64,000 bases of DNA from Myxococcales bacterium (GTDB lineage: Bacteria; Myxococcota_A; Polyangia; Polyangiales; DASUME01): contig JASGJH010000001.1 in NCBI GenBank assembly GCA_047601445.1, positions 3,872,001-3,936,000 of the forward strand, in the 5' to 3' direction. Position 1 is the stretch's first letter. Each line of letters opens with the position of its first letter. The notes under the pieces are model-generated. The model was not told the origin of the DNA. It did not search any database and saw only the letters and a list, made by a program, of their open reading frames with translations. Shown in pieces: positions 37,064-47,538 of this stretch. The position numbers were made by a program, and so were the translations under genes.

Positions 37064-38854
37064 TTGGCCACTAGCCTCCAGCTCGCACAAGGGGATGACT
37101 GGTTGATTGGCCGGGTCGTACTGGGACGCTACCGCATCGTGCGCGAGCTCGCGCGCGGCGGCATGGGCGTGGTGTACCTGGCGCGCGCCGAGGGCGCCGG
37201 TGGCTTCATGAAGCCGGTGGTCATCAAGCTCGTGCTGCCGCAACACGCAGAGGACGCCCGTTTCCTGGGAATGTTCGTGCGCGAGGCTCAGATTCTCTCG
37301 GATCTTCGCCATCCCAACATCGTGGGCGTCTTGGACTTCGGCCAAGAGGGCGAAGCCTACGTGATGGTGCTCGAGTACATCAACGGCTACCACCTGGGTC
37401 AGTGGCGCAAGTTCCTGCAGCGGAAGCAGCGCCAGGCACCGGCGGACGTGGTAATGCTGTGGGCAATCGACGTGCTCGAGGCGCTGCACAAGGCCCACGG
37501 CATGCGCCACCCTGACGGAACGTCGATGCACATCGTGCACCGCGACGTGTCGCCTTCGAACATTCTGCTGGACGAGGACGGGCGCGCGCGCCTGGTCGAC
37601 TTCGGCGTGGCGCGCATGCGCGGCAGCAACGTCGACTATCAGACCCAGATTCAAAGCTTCGTGGGCAAGTTCTCCTATGGCGCGCCCGAGCTCCTACTGG
37701 GCGTCGATGCATCGCCCCAGAGCGACCTCTACTCGTGCGCGGTGGTGCTGCACGAGATGCTGCTCGGCAAGAACACGTTCCTCGGTGCCGAGGATGCGCT
37801 GACGCTGGCGCGCGTCTCGACGCACACGGCCGAGCGCATCGAACCGTTGCTGGCCGATGCTCCACCTGGACTCGACGCGGTGTTGCAAAAGGCGCTGAGC
37901 AAGCAGCCCGAGACGCGCTACGGGAGCGCCTGGGAGTTTGCGTCGGCCTTGCGCGGCCTCTTGCCGAGGCGCGAGGAGGAAGTGCGCGCGCGCATCGTGG
38001 TCATGCTGAGGAGCGACTTCGGCGCTGAGCTCGCCAAGACGCTCGGCGTCGAATCGTTGGCCGAGCGCGACCAGGCCTGGCGCCATTTCTCCCTGGAAGC
38101 CGAGAGCACCAACGAGCGCACCATCATGTTGGAGCTCGAAGGGATCGACGCGCAGGGCGCAGCCGTCCAGGAAAACACCGACGACTCCCATATTCGCAGC
38201 AGCCAGATGGGTCGGCGACCGCGCCAGGTGACGCTGCGCAATCAGGCGGCCGTCACCACGTACCGAGGTCCCGCCACCACCACGGGTCGCCTGCCGATTC
38301 CCGAGCCGCCTCGCCCTTCTTCAACTCAGGGCCAGGCGCAAGCAGCCGCTCCGCAGCCCTCCGCGGGCAATCCGCTCGGTTGGATCATCCCGGTGGTCGT
38401 CGTGACGATCCTGGTGGCGGTGGCGCTCTGGGTCACGCTGCGGCCCATGCAAGAGGCGCCTCAGGCGCAACGCCTGATTCGCATCGAGTCCCAGCCCGAC
38501 CCCATGGCGCTCGCGCGCGAGAAGGCAGCGCTCGAGAACGCTCGTCTCGAAGCCCAGGCGGCCCAGCGCGCCAGCATTCTCAGCGCCCACCAGGGAGAGA
38601 TCGACGGCTGCTTCGCGCGCAAGGGCAAGCTCAAGGGCAAGCAGGTCATCAGCGAAACCGAGCTCGACTTCGAGGTGAGCGCGAGCGGCGCAGTCACGAA
38701 CGTGGAGGTCGCGCAGCCCGAGCTGTCCAAGACGCCACTGGCGCGCTGCCTGCGGGCCATCGGTCTGAGCTTGCGCTTCCCGGCCGGATCGGAGCAGAGC
38801 TTCTCTCTGTCGGCCCATTCCTCGAGCGCGCCAGCGACCGAGAGCATCAAGTAG
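37064..38854 (+). CDS. Membrane Ser/Thr protein kinase with periplasmic AgmX/TonB-C-like domain
   Basis: LARGGMGVVY, HRDVSPSN, DFGVA, GKFSYGAPE; TM helix WIIPVVVVTILVAVALW; C-terminal IDGCF..FEVSASGAV..RCL..LRFP. Start uncertain. Confidence 0.92.
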   Translation: MATSLQLAQGDDWLIGRVVLGRYRIVRELARGGMGVVYLARAEGAGGFMKPVVIKLVLPQHAEDARFLGMFVREAQILSDLRHPNIVGVLDFGQEGEAYVMVLEYINGYHLGQWRKFLQRKQRQAPADVVMLWAIDVLEALHKAHGMRHPDGTSMHIVHRDVSPSNILLDEDGRARLVDFGVARMRGSNVDYQTQIQSFVGKFSYGAPELLLGVDASPQSDLYSCAVVLHEMLLGKNTFLGAEDALTLARVSTHTAERIEPLLADAPPGLDAVLQKALSKQPETRYGSAWEFASALRGLLPRREEEVRARIVVMLRSDFGAELAKTLGVESLAERDQAWRHFSLEAESTNERTIMLELEGIDAQGAAVQENTDDSHIRSSQMGRRPRQVTLRNQAAVTTYRGPATTTGRLPIPEPPRPSSTQGQAQAAAPQPSAGNPLGWIIPVVVVTILVAVALWVTLRPMQEAPQAQRLIRIESQPDPMALAREKAALENARLEAQAAQRASILSAHQGEIDGCFARKGKLKGKQVISETELDFEVSASGAVTNVEVAQPELSKTPLARCLRAIGLSLRFPAGSEQSFSLSAHSSSAPATESIK

Positions 38855-38910
38855 CGACGCGCCGCAGCGCCACCTCACTCGACTGGCCCGGATGTTGCCG
38901 CTCGAGGAGC

Positions 38911-39660
38911 ATGCTCAGTGAAGTCCTGCGAAACACCGAGTGGCGCGAGTTCGGCGACTTCGTTTCGCCTGCAATTCTCAAGGTCATGCCGGCCTCGTCG
39001 GCGTGGCGCGTGGCCAATGTCCTGCGCCGCCATCGGCAGGACCGCACCATGCGTCAAACTGCCACGCACGAGCGTCGCGCACTGCTGGAACAGGCGGGTA
39101 TAGCGGTCGAGCTGGATGGGGTAGGCGACGTGCGCCGGGTGGCTCGGGACGTGGCCTTCACGCGTCCTGCCGAGCGCGCTCGGCGCGTGGCGGAGCTGTA
39201 CTTTCAGCAGCTCTTCCAGGGCGACGTGACGTTTCTCGATCTCCGAACGCGCACCTTCAGCGAGCACGACGGCCATCTCAGCTGGCAACCCGCGCCCTGG
39301 ATGTGGCGCTGGGACGCCGCCTTCATCGAGCCCCTGCGCGACATCTACCGCGGTTTCTATGGCGAGGACGAGGCCCTGTTCCAACGTGGTCTAGAGCAGC
39401 TCTCGCTGACACCGGCCCAGGCCATCTTTCGCAAGCACTTCGGTGGCGAGCAACAACGCGTCACGTTCCACACCCGTCACTTCGTCTCCACGTTCCACGA
39501 CGTGTTCCTGTGCTGTCGTGCCCACCACATCACGCTCTCCCCTTCGTTCCTGCCGCTCGGCCTGTACCTGGCGACGCTCTACGAACACCTCGAGCGCCTC
39601 GGTGTGGAGGTCGACGTGCGCATGGCTTTTCAACGTGTGGTCCGTCCCCGCTCGAACTGA
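38911..39660 (+). CDS. Hypothetical protein, possibly a degenerate ABC1/UbiB C-lobe
   Basis: GAGGAG RBS, coding-like bias; ELYFQQLF and LSPSFLPLG..L..LGVEVDV segments. Confidence 0.7.
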   Translation: MLSEVLRNTEWREFGDFVSPAILKVMPASSAWRVANVLRRHRQDRTMRQTATHERRALLEQAGIAVELDGVGDVRRVARDVAFTRPAERARRVAELYFQQLFQGDVTFLDLRTRTFSEHDGHLSWQPAPWMWRWDAAFIEPLRDIYRGFYGEDEALFQRGLEQLSLTPAQAIFRKHFGGEQQRVTFHTRHFVSTFHDVFLCCRAHHITLSPSFLPLGLYLATLYEHLERLGVEVDVRMAFQRVVRPRSN

Positions 39661-39817
39661 CGAGACGGTCGTCTCGCCTGGCGAGGCCCCAACTCGGGCC
39701 CGAGAGGATCACGGCTCGCAACGTGCTGACCGCCAGGGGTGATGAGGGCCCAAACGTCGGCTTCCCCACTGGCACCTGGGTTGCTCCCGCGGGCTACGGC
39801 AGGCAAGCTTCCTCGAC

Positions 39818-40818
39818 ATGTCGACAGGACACCTGAGGCTGGCCGCGCTCCTGGTCTGCGCGTCGCAAAGCGCCGCAGCGAGTCCACCTGCGACTTCCAA
39901 GCTCACTGGCGCTCCGCTCGGGACACGCGCGCGCTGTGAAGCGTATTCAGGCCTTCCCGGGGGCTTCCGTGAGCGGGTCGATGCCGGCATGGTGCGCATC
40001 GCCGGAGGCACCATCGTGCTCGGCTCGAACCATGGATACGACGACGAACGCCCGCGCGGCGGGGCCGTGCGTGTGGCCCCCTTCTGGATCGATCGCACCG
40101 AGGTGACCAACGCGCAGTTCGCCGCCTTCGTCGACGCCACCGGCTACCGCACCCAAGCCGAACACGAGGGCGGCTCGGCCGTGTTCACCATGCCGCCCCC
40201 GCAGGGCCAGCAGACCCCGGAGCGCCCCTACGCCTGGTGGAGCTACGTGAGCGGCGCCAACTGGCGGCAACCCCGTGGCCCTGGCAGCGATCTGCGCGGA
40301 CGCGCGAACCACCCGGTGGTCCACGTCAGCTACGCGGACGCGCTCGCCTACGCGCGCTGGCTCGGCCACAGCTTGCCCAGCGAAGCGCAGTGGGAATTCG
40401 CGGCCAAGGCCAACCGCAGCTCACAAACGCTGCACCACGAACCGCGCGACAAGCACGGCGTACCGGTCGCGAATTTTGGCAGGGCGAGTTTCCGCGCGAG
40501 GACAGCGGCCAGGACGGCTTTCACTTGAGCGCGCCCGTGGGGTGCTACCCGAGCAATCCGTTCGGCCTCTTCGATACCCTGGGAAATGTGTGGGAGTGGA
40601 CCCAGGACCTCTACAGCGAGTCCCACGACCAACCCGCAGGACAAGCCCCAGCGAGCTGCTCGGACCCGAGCTCGAACGAGTCCCTGGTGATCAAGGGCGG
40701 ATCCTTCCTGTGTTCCAAGAACTTCTGCGCTCGTTATCGAGTCACCGCGCGCCATCCCCAGGAGGCCAACCTACCCACCATGCACCTCGGTTTCCGCACG
40801 GTGCGATCGATCGAGTAG
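39818..40818 (+). CDS. Formylglycine-generating enzyme (SUMF1) family; -1 frameshift at ~40474-40477
   Basis: Signal peptide; TEVTNAQF, HPVVHVSY, LPSEAQWEFA; one added base restores ANFWQG, then GNVWEW, GGSFLCSKNFCARYR, HLGFR. Confidence 0.9.
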
Positions 40819-40836
40819 CGCGGCTCGTCCCGGCGC

Positions 40837-43800
40837 TCAGCCCCAGCGCTGCGTGAGGCGCCAGGCGATGCGATGCCCTTCCACGGCGCGCCAGGCGGCC
40901 AGCACCTCGGGCCGTGCCGCGCGCGCGCGCTCCGGGGAGATGGCCTCCAGGCAGTCCGCTCGACGCTCGAGAGCCAGAGCGAACAGCACGCCATTGCCGT
41001 GACGACAGGCGAGCTCCGCGGCGCGCTCGAGCTGCGCGATCGCGCGCCCGTGGTCACCGCGCAAGCGCTGGCACTCGGCCGAGAGCAACCAGCGACGTGG
41101 CGCGAAGGTGGTGGGGCTCGAGGCCTCCCAATGCGTGAGGAGCTTGAGCGCCCGCGCGCGCAGCAGGTGGTCGCGCGCGCGCTCGAGGGGACCGACTCGG
41201 CTGCGCTGCGCCGAGGTGAGCGCGGCGTAGAAGAGATGCTCGGCCTCGAGGGGCAGCGCGAAGCTGGCGCTGCGATGCTGGTCGGCGCGCGCGAAGGTCG
41301 CCGCCGCGAGATCGAAGGCGTGGTCGAAGTACAGAGCGATGCCCTGATTCACGCCGTGATAGTAGTGAACGGCAGCCGGAGATCGGCGCGCCTGATGGTC
41401 GAAGGCGACGTTGCTGCTGTGCACGAAGTCCTCGGACTTTCGTGTCCCGTCGCGCTCCTGCAGGTGGCCGAAGCTCCGCACAGGGATGCGCAGGTTTTCG
41501 CTGAGCCAGGTGAGTCCGACATCCGCGATCAGGTCGCTCAGGTGTTCGAGCTGCGCCACGTCGGCGAACGAGCGTCCTTGCAGCAGGATGTTGAGTGAAA
41601 TGTTCGAGGCCACGAACGCCACGTGGATGCGGTCGCCCGCCTCGAGCGCCCGCCGCATGGCCCGCTCGAGCAACGCGCGCGCCTCGGGCAAGGGCGCGAC
41701 CCAGGGTACGATGAACGCGCCGCACAGCATGTCCACGTAGGAGCCGATCAACGTGTCACCCACGCGCTCCGACAGTGCGAGCGCAGCATCCCCGCAGCGC
41801 CGCGCGACATGCCTGAAGCCCAGGCCCCCACCGAGCGCCATGCCGAGCCCAGCCACGCCGTAGGCCGAAGCACTGGTCACGCCATGCCGCAGCGACAGCT
41901 CCACGATGCGCAACATCGCGAGCGCACCCACCGCGCTCTGACCGGTGGTAAAGGCCGGGGGAGCCAGGCTCAACAGCAGCTCCTGAGCCTGCAAAATCCG
42001 CGGATCCCGACAGAGCTCGCGGGCGGCGATGTCGCCGCCACACCAGAGCCGACTACGTGCGAGGTCCCCCATGGCGGCCACGAGGTGATGCGGCTGCGGC
42101 CGGCTCGGCAGCTCGATGTCCAGCTCGGCGAGCCCGCGCAGCGCCGTGGCCATCGCCTCCGCATGGGCGCCTTCGTACATCTCGAGCCACACCCGGGTGC
42201 TGTGGACCGACGCGCGATCGAGCGGGGTCTGCACGCTGGCCAGCAAGAGCTCGTAGTGCTCGTTGGATCGCTCCAGGGCGTGGCTCAGCGCCCAGCTCGT
42301 CATCAGCTCGCGATGCAGCTCACGCGCTCGCTCGTAGTCGCTCGCGAAGGGCGTGGAGCCGAGCAGCGCGAGCGCCGACTCCGCGTGCTCGATGGCCTGG
42401 GCAAAAGCGCCGGCGCGGCGCAGCTTGAGCGCTGCCTCGGTGGACACATCGACGGCCAACGCGCGGTCGGCCGGCTCCCCTTGCTTGTAGCCGGCGCGTA
42501 GGTAGCGCGCGATGCGGGGCAGTTCCACGGCCCGTGCCTGGCCGGAGAGGGTCTCGTGGAGCGCGCGGCCCAGGCGCAACAACAGGGACTCGATCCACGT
42601 GGCCGGGGTGGCGCCCGCTTGAAGCGACTCGAGACACGCTTCCCGTACGCGATCGTGATAGGGCTCGATACAGCGCAGCCCATGCGAGACGCTGGCCTGC
42701 AAGAGGTGCTGAACGCACAACACCTGCGTGGCCTGTTGGCAGGTGGCCACCGGCAGGTTCGCGGCCCGCGCGAGGGCGGCCAGCGGCAACGGCGCACGCG
42801 CCACGGCCACCAGCTCCACCAGCGCCTTGGCGGCCGGGTCGAGCGCGTGGATGCGTGCACGCAGCGAGTCGAGCAGCCGCACGCGCTCGCTGGGCTGCCG
42901 CAGGTGTTCGTAGCGGCACAGCTCGAGCACATGCAGCGGATGGCCCTCTCCTTCGAGGCTCAAGGCCCGCGCCCGCTCGGGACGACCCGCCTCCGCTAGC
43001 ACCAGGCGCGCCAGCGCTTCGGCAGACGATTCGGAGAGCGGCCCCAGCGCGAGGTGGCGATGACTCACGCCCGCTTCCGCGCCCAACGCGAGGTTCGCGG
43101 AGCGCGTGGTGCACAGCAGCGCGATGCGCCCGAGCCCTGCGCTCAAGACGGCCACGAACAACGACAGACTCTCGGCGTCCGCCCAGTGCAGGTCGTCCAC
43201 CGCGAGCAAGATGGATCGACTCGAACACGCCTCGCGCAAGAGCTCGATCAAGCCGCCGCGAGCACGCCGCTCGACCTCGGTCGGCCAGCCGGAGCGCACG
43301 TGATCGCGACAATGCGCGTCGATCAGCGGCACCCGCCGCAACACCGGGAACACCTGGCCCAAGGCCTGCAGATCGTAGAGCTCGTGTCGATCGTCCGGCA
43401 GCAGCTTGGCCCGCTCCGAATCGTGCAGGCCGAGCAGGTGATCGCTCAGCGCGTCCATCAGGTTGTCCCAGGCCTTGTAGGGAACGCTTTCCTGTTCATA
43501 ACAACGCCCCCGCAGCACCAGCACCTGGGGATGGCGCGCGACATGCTCCTCGACGGCGTGCTGCATCAGGGCTGTCTTGCCGATGCCGGGCACGCCCGAG
43601 ATGGTCACCCAACGGGCCGACTCGAAGCTCGGCTCCAGCGCCTCGCGCAGGAGCCCGAGGTCCCCATCACGCCCCACGAGGGGCAAGCGCGCGCTGCTCG
43701 CGTCATCGACGCTGCCACCCCCGAGCACCTGCACGATGTGGCCGGGGCTAGGCCGTTCGTCGGGTGCGCTCTGCAACAGCGCGAGGCTCAGCGCCAGGAG

Positions 43801-44604
43801 ATCAGTGGGGATGCCCTCGCTCGCCACCTCGGGCGGCGGTCCGAACTGCTTGGCCCGCAGCACCTCGTCCGCGGCGCCCGCGAAGGGTACGCGCCCCGTG
43901 AGTGCCTCGAAGAGCAGCGCGCCAAAGGCGTACCAGTCCGCAGCCGGAGAAGCGACCGCCAGGGTTGCTTGTTCCGGCGCCATGTAGGCGAGCGTGCCCG
44001 CAATGCGCTCGTCGGAGCGCTGACGATGACCGAGCTCCGCGCTGATGCCGAAGTCGAGCAGCACCACGCGCCCCTGTTGATCGACCATCACGTTCGACGG
44101 CTTGACGTCGCAGTGCACGCGCCCGGCCCGGTGGAGCGCCGTCAGCGCCTGCGCCAACTGCAGCAAGCACGCGCGCAAGGGCTTCTCGCGGAGCCGGCGG
44201 CCGCTCGGTGCCTCCTGCTGCGCAACGACCTCCAGATCGAGTGTGGGATGGTCGCGCTCGAACGCCTCCGAGCGCTTCTCGCTCGAGCCGTCGGCGCGAT
44301 GGGACACGTAGGCGAGCAGCGGCTTGCCCCGCACCAGCTCCATGGTGAAGAACCAGCGGTCGCCGTCGCGATGGAGCTCGCCTAGACGCACGAGATTCGG
44401 GTGCTGTACATCGGCGACCGCCCGGAATTCCCGCTTGAGCTTGTAGAGCTCGTCACCGCTGAAGCGCCGAAAGGTCTTGAGCGCCAGGCGCGCGCCCCCG
44501 TCGAGATCCTGCGCCTCGTAGACCGCGCCCATCCCGCCTTCGCCGAGCTTCTCGCGCAGCTCGAACCGCCCACCGAGAACCTGACCCGTCGAAGGCTCCT
44601 GCAC
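40837..44604 (-). CDS. Ser/Thr kinase fused to an AAA_16/STAND-type ATPase with helical C-terminus
   Basis: LGEGGMGAVY, HCDVKPSN, DFG, GTLAYMAPE; Walker A GVPGIGKT; Walker B AVDDLHWAD; GHPL; HDRVRE. Confidence 0.93.
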   Translation of the reverse strand: MQEPSTGQVLGGRFELREKLGEGGMGAVYEAQDLDGGARLALKTFRRFSGDELYKLKREFRAVADVQHPNLVRLGELHRDGDRWFFTMELVRGKPLLAYVSHRADGSSEKRSEAFERDHPTLDLEVVAQQEAPSGRRLREKPLRACLLQLAQALTALHRAGRVHCDVKPSNVMVDQQGRVVLLDFGISAELGHRQRSDERIAGTLAYMAPEQATLAVASPAADWYAFGALLFEALTGRVPFAGAADEVLRAKQFGPPPEVASEGIPTDLLALSLALLQSAPDERPSPGHIVQVLGGGSVDDASSARLPLVGRDGDLGLLREALEPSFESARWVTISGVPGIGKTALMQHAVEEHVARHPQVLVLRGRCYEQESVPYKAWDNLMDALSDHLLGLHDSERAKLLPDDRHELYDLQALGQVFPVLRRVPLIDAHCRDHVRSGWPTEVERRARGGLIELLREACSSRSILLAVDDLHWADAESLSLFVAVLSAGLGRIALLCTTRSANLALGAEAGVSHRHLALGPLSESSAEALARLVLAEAGRPERARALSLEGEGHPLHVLELCRYEHLRQPSERVRLLDSLRARIHALDPAAKALVELVAVARAPLPLAALARAANLPVATCQQATQVLCVQHLLQASVSHGLRCIEPYHDRVREACLESLQAGATPATWIESLLLRLGRALHETLSGQARAVELPRIARYLRAGYKQGEPADRALAVDVSTEAALKLRRAGAFAQAIEHAESALALLGSTPFASDYERARELHRELMTSWALSHALERSNEHYELLLASVQTPLDRASVHSTRVWLEMYEGAHAEAMATALRGLAELDIELPSRPQPHHLVAAMGDLARSRLWCGGDIAARELCRDPRILQAQELLLSLAPPAFTTGQSAVGALAMLRIVELSLRHGVTSASAYGVAGLGMALGGGLGFRHVARRCGDAALALSERVGDTLIGSYVDMLCGAFIVPWVAPLPEARALLERAMRRALEAGDRIHVAFVASNISLNILLQGRSFADVAQLEHLSDLIADVGLTWLSENLRIPVRSFGHLQERDGTRKSEDFVHSSNVAFDHQARRSPAAVHYYHGVNQGIALYFDHAFDLAAATFARADQHRSASFALPLEAEHLFYAALTSAQRSRVGPLERARDHLLRARALKLLTHWEASSPTTFAPRRWLLSAECQRLRGDHGRAIAQLERAAELACRHGNGVLFALALERRADCLEAISPERARAARPEVLAAWRAVEGHRIAWRLTQRWG

Positions 44605-44696
44605 TGACGGCCGAGTCTACCCGACCTCGAGGTGTCCGCATCAAGGGGTGAAACGCAGCAGCAAGCAGGCTTGCCCCGAGCCAGACCGCGGCGCGG

Positions 44697-45431
44697 CTAG
44701 GCCAACCCAGAGACCCGGATCGGCGACCCCTTGGCGAGCAACACCGAGCGCGGCTCCGTGCGGGCCAAATCGGCCCAATCGGGCCCGTATACCGCGCCAA
44801 ACTCCCAATCGAGCTGCCAGCGCTGCAGCTGGTAGACCGCCCAGACCTCGTGGCGCACTTCGTAGCGCGTGAGTTCGCCCGAGCGCGAGCGGCCGTAGCC
44901 CCAGCTGTGTTCTTTGAAGAAGTGGGCCTGGCTGCTCTCCGCCGGAATGGTCTCCACGTTGCGGGCGCTGAGCGCGAGCCGCTGCGTGCGGCCCCTGGCC
45001 TGGAGCACGTGCTCCACGTGCCAAACGTCGTCCGAGAGGCGCACCGAGCTGCGCATGGGCACGGCGGCGTAGGGCTCGTTGTAGAGGCTGCGCGCGAGCC
45101 AGGCCACCAGGCGCTTGGGCACGAATTCGCGGATGAAGCACACCCCGCGCCGGTCGCCCTCACGCACGTAGAAGCGCAGGTTGATCTCGGGAAAGCTGCG
45201 GTAGCCGGGCCAGGAAACGCCGAGCACCCGCGTGTGCAGGAAGTCGAATGCCACCAAGCTCACGAAGGCCTCTCCGTCCACCACGTCGAGCGAGAGTCCG
45301 GGCGGCAGAAAGGGCTCGAGACGGGCGGGATCGACCGCGTAGTTGACCAGGCACAGATGACGCCATTCGGCCGTGAGGAAGGACCAACGCGACTGGCTCA
45401 GGGGAGGGGCGACCAGCAGGGCTTCGCTCAT
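44697..45431 (-). CDS. DUF2071 (YqjF-like) protein
   Basis: FLTAEWRHLCLVNYAVDP, FPEINLRFYV, YNEPY, FFKEHSWGY, YEVRH. Confidence 0.9.
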   Translation of the reverse strand: MSEALLVAPPLSQSRWSFLTAEWRHLCLVNYAVDPARLEPFLPPGLSLDVVDGEAFVSLVAFDFLHTRVLGVSWPGYRSFPEINLRFYVREGDRRGVCFIREFVPKRLVAWLARSLYNEPYAAVPMRSSVRLSDDVWHVEHVLQARGRTQRLALSARNVETIPAESSQAHFFKEHSWGYGRSRSGELTRYEVRHEVWAVYQLQRWQLDWEFGAVYGPDWADLARTEPRSVLLAKGSPIRVSGLA

Positions 45432-45563
45432 GGGCCATGCCTAGGGTCAGGCCCGCAGCAAGAACACTCCCGTCCAGCCTGGGCCCGGCACGAGGCGCCC
45501 GCGACTCGACCAAACCACCAGTTATCTCGGTGAGATCCGGCCACCGAGGCAGCCTACTCGAGT

Positions 45564-45884
45564 TCAGCGCGGCGTGGCGCGTCCGCTGCGGCTCCGGCGC
45601 ACCGGCCCGGGCGAGGTGGCGATGGGCTGCTCCTCCGGGGGATGAATGGCGAACTCCGGGGGATCCGGATAGTCGAGCGCAATGAAGGGCAAGCTCGTGG
45701 GAGAACCCCGCGTCCCTCGACCCGCGGCGCGCGCGTTGGCAGGCGCCGGTTTACCGCTCAACGAAGGATGCACGTGCAGAGGGAAGACCGGCTGCTCTCC
45801 CCAACCGACCTTGATGTTCGACGACCTGACGCCTCCGCAAGCACACATCGAGATCGCCAGGGCCGCCATCACGCTGATTCGCAT
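45564..45884 (-). CDS. Possible small lipoprotein
   Basis: GGAG RBS and signal-like MRISVMAALAISMCACGG; the rest is unrecognised. Confidence 0.4.
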   Translation of the reverse strand: MRISVMAALAISMCACGGVRSSNIKVGWGEQPVFPLHVHPSLSGKPAPANARAAGRGTRGSPTSLPFIALDYPDPPEFAIHPPEEQPIATSPGPVRRSRSGRATPR

Positions 45885-46135
45885 GCTCCGCCTCCGTGCC
45901 TCGATTTGCATGCGACGGGTGTGCCCGGCGTTGGGACGGAGCGCTTCCGCTGTGGTTCTGCGAGACTCCGGTCAGCGACGCGATGCAGCGAGCAGGCCTG
46001 AACCGGATGCGGCTGAGGCAGCCTTGCGTGGGTGCGACAGCCGTGGCCCGTGAGTACCTCTCTCGCCGATCCCGGGCGCCCGAGGAGGTGAGCCTCGCTT
46101 CGCGGCTCGCGAGCGGGGACGAGCTGGCCTACACC

Positions 46136-46516
46136 ATGGCCATGCGCCGTCTCATCGTGTTGTCATGGGCACTCGCCCTGCCCCATTCCCTCGGCGCATG
46201 CTCGAACTCGGTCGACATGAACCCACCCAAGCCATCCACTTCGTCTGCCTCCCCGCTAGCCTCCGCTGCCCTGGTCCTCGACGTGCGAACGCCCGAGGAG
46301 TACGCCCAAGGCCACCTGGAGGGCGCCATGCTCATCCCCGTGGCCGAGCTGGAAGCGCGGGTCGACGAAGTAGAGCAGGCCCTCGGCGGGAACAAGGACA
46401 AGAAGATCGTCGCCTATTGCCGCTCGGGCAGGCGCTCGGGTGTGGCCAAGGGCATCCTCGAGAGTCACGGCTACGCCAACGTGATCAACGGCGGCGGCTA
46501 CGAGCAGCTCAAGTAG
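46136..46516 (+). CDS. Rhodanese-like domain lipoprotein
   Basis: Lipobox LGAC; LDVRTPEEYAQGHLEGA; active-site YCRSGRRS. Confidence 0.92.
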   Translation: MAMRRLIVLSWALALPHSLGACSNSVDMNPPKPSTSSASPLASAALVLDVRTPEEYAQGHLEGAMLIPVAELEARVDEVEQALGGNKDKKIVAYCRSGRRSGVAKGILESHGYANVINGGGYEQLK

Positions 46517-46545
46517 TCGCGCGGACGCTCGAGAAGTCAGGCCCC

Positions 46546-47298
46546 ATGTTCGGCATTGCCCGCATCCAACGCAACCTCCTCTTTCCGCGCCACATGGTGG
46601 CGGTTCCTGCGCGTCCAGTCGCGGTCCCGGGACTCGAACGCTCCTGGCTCGACACGGACGCAGGCAAGGTCGAGCTCTGGTTTTTGCCAGGACGCGGCGT
46701 CTCGCCCGAGCGCCCGGGCCCAGCCGTGATCTTCGCGCACGGCAACGGGGAGCTCATCGACTACTGGCCCGAGCAGCTCGCGCCCTATCGCGAACTCGGC
46801 GTGAGCGTGGTGTTGCCGGAGTATCGCGGCTACGGGCGCAGCGCAGGGAAGCCCAGCGAGACCGCCTTGGCCGCCGACTTTCGGGCGGTGTACACAAGGC
46901 TGCTTGCAGATGCGCGCGTGGATCCTACTCGGATCCTGTATCACGGGCGTTCGCTCGGAGGCGGCGTGGTGTGCGGGCTGGCGCGTTCCCATGCGCCCGC
47001 AGGCATGATTCTCGAGTCCACCTTCACGAGCGTGGTCGACGTGGCGCGCGGCATGGGCGTGCCAGCCTTCGTGATCAGCGATCGCTTCGAGAACCTGCCC
47101 GCGGTGCGCGCGTATCAGGGCCCCTTGCTCATCATGCACGGCATCCAGGACAACCTCATCCCCAAACACCATGCGGAGCGCCTGGCCGCCGCGCACCAGA
47201 ACGCCAAGCTCGTGCTCTACCGAGCAGGGCACAACGACTTGCCTCCCGCGAACTCGGATTACTGGCAGCAGATTGCGAGTTTGGTGCCCCGTCCCTAG
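46546..47298 (+). CDS. Alpha/beta hydrolase (ABHD13/17-like)
   Basis: HGNGE, EYRGYG, GRSLGG, HGIQDNLIP, GHND. Confidence 0.92.
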   Translation: MFGIARIQRNLLFPRHMVAVPARPVAVPGLERSWLDTDAGKVELWFLPGRGVSPERPGPAVIFAHGNGELIDYWPEQLAPYRELGVSVVLPEYRGYGRSAGKPSETALAADFRAVYTRLLADARVDPTRILYHGRSLGGGVVCGLARSHAPAGMILESTFTSVVDVARGMGVPAFVISDRFENLPAVRAYQGPLLIMHGIQDNLIPKHHAERLAAAHQNAKLVLYRAGHNDLPPANSDYWQQIASLVPRP

Positions 47299-47322
47299 CC
47301 TCGCAAAGTCTGTCGCTTCTGC

Positions 47323-47501
47323 CACGTTGACATCGACTTGGTCGGCGTCGTGGACCTTGACTGCGACGACAACGGTGTGCGTGAGCGGCAAGAGTTGACG
47401 GCTGCCTATCTTGCAGCGCTCCGATCACCGCGCACGAGGGAGTTCACGCACGCCGTCGCCGTCGCGCTCAAGTCGACATCCAAGTCCAAGTTCACGATCA
47501 C
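47323..47501. repeat. Hexamer-periodic imperfect palindrome between convergent genes
   Basis: 47365-47386 pairs with 47442-47463 (18/22 Watson-Crick); GACNNN/NNNGTC periodicity on both flanks. Confidence 0.65.
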
Positions 47502-47538
47502 CAAGGGCGTTTGTTAGTGCTCCTGGTGGCCGTGGACA

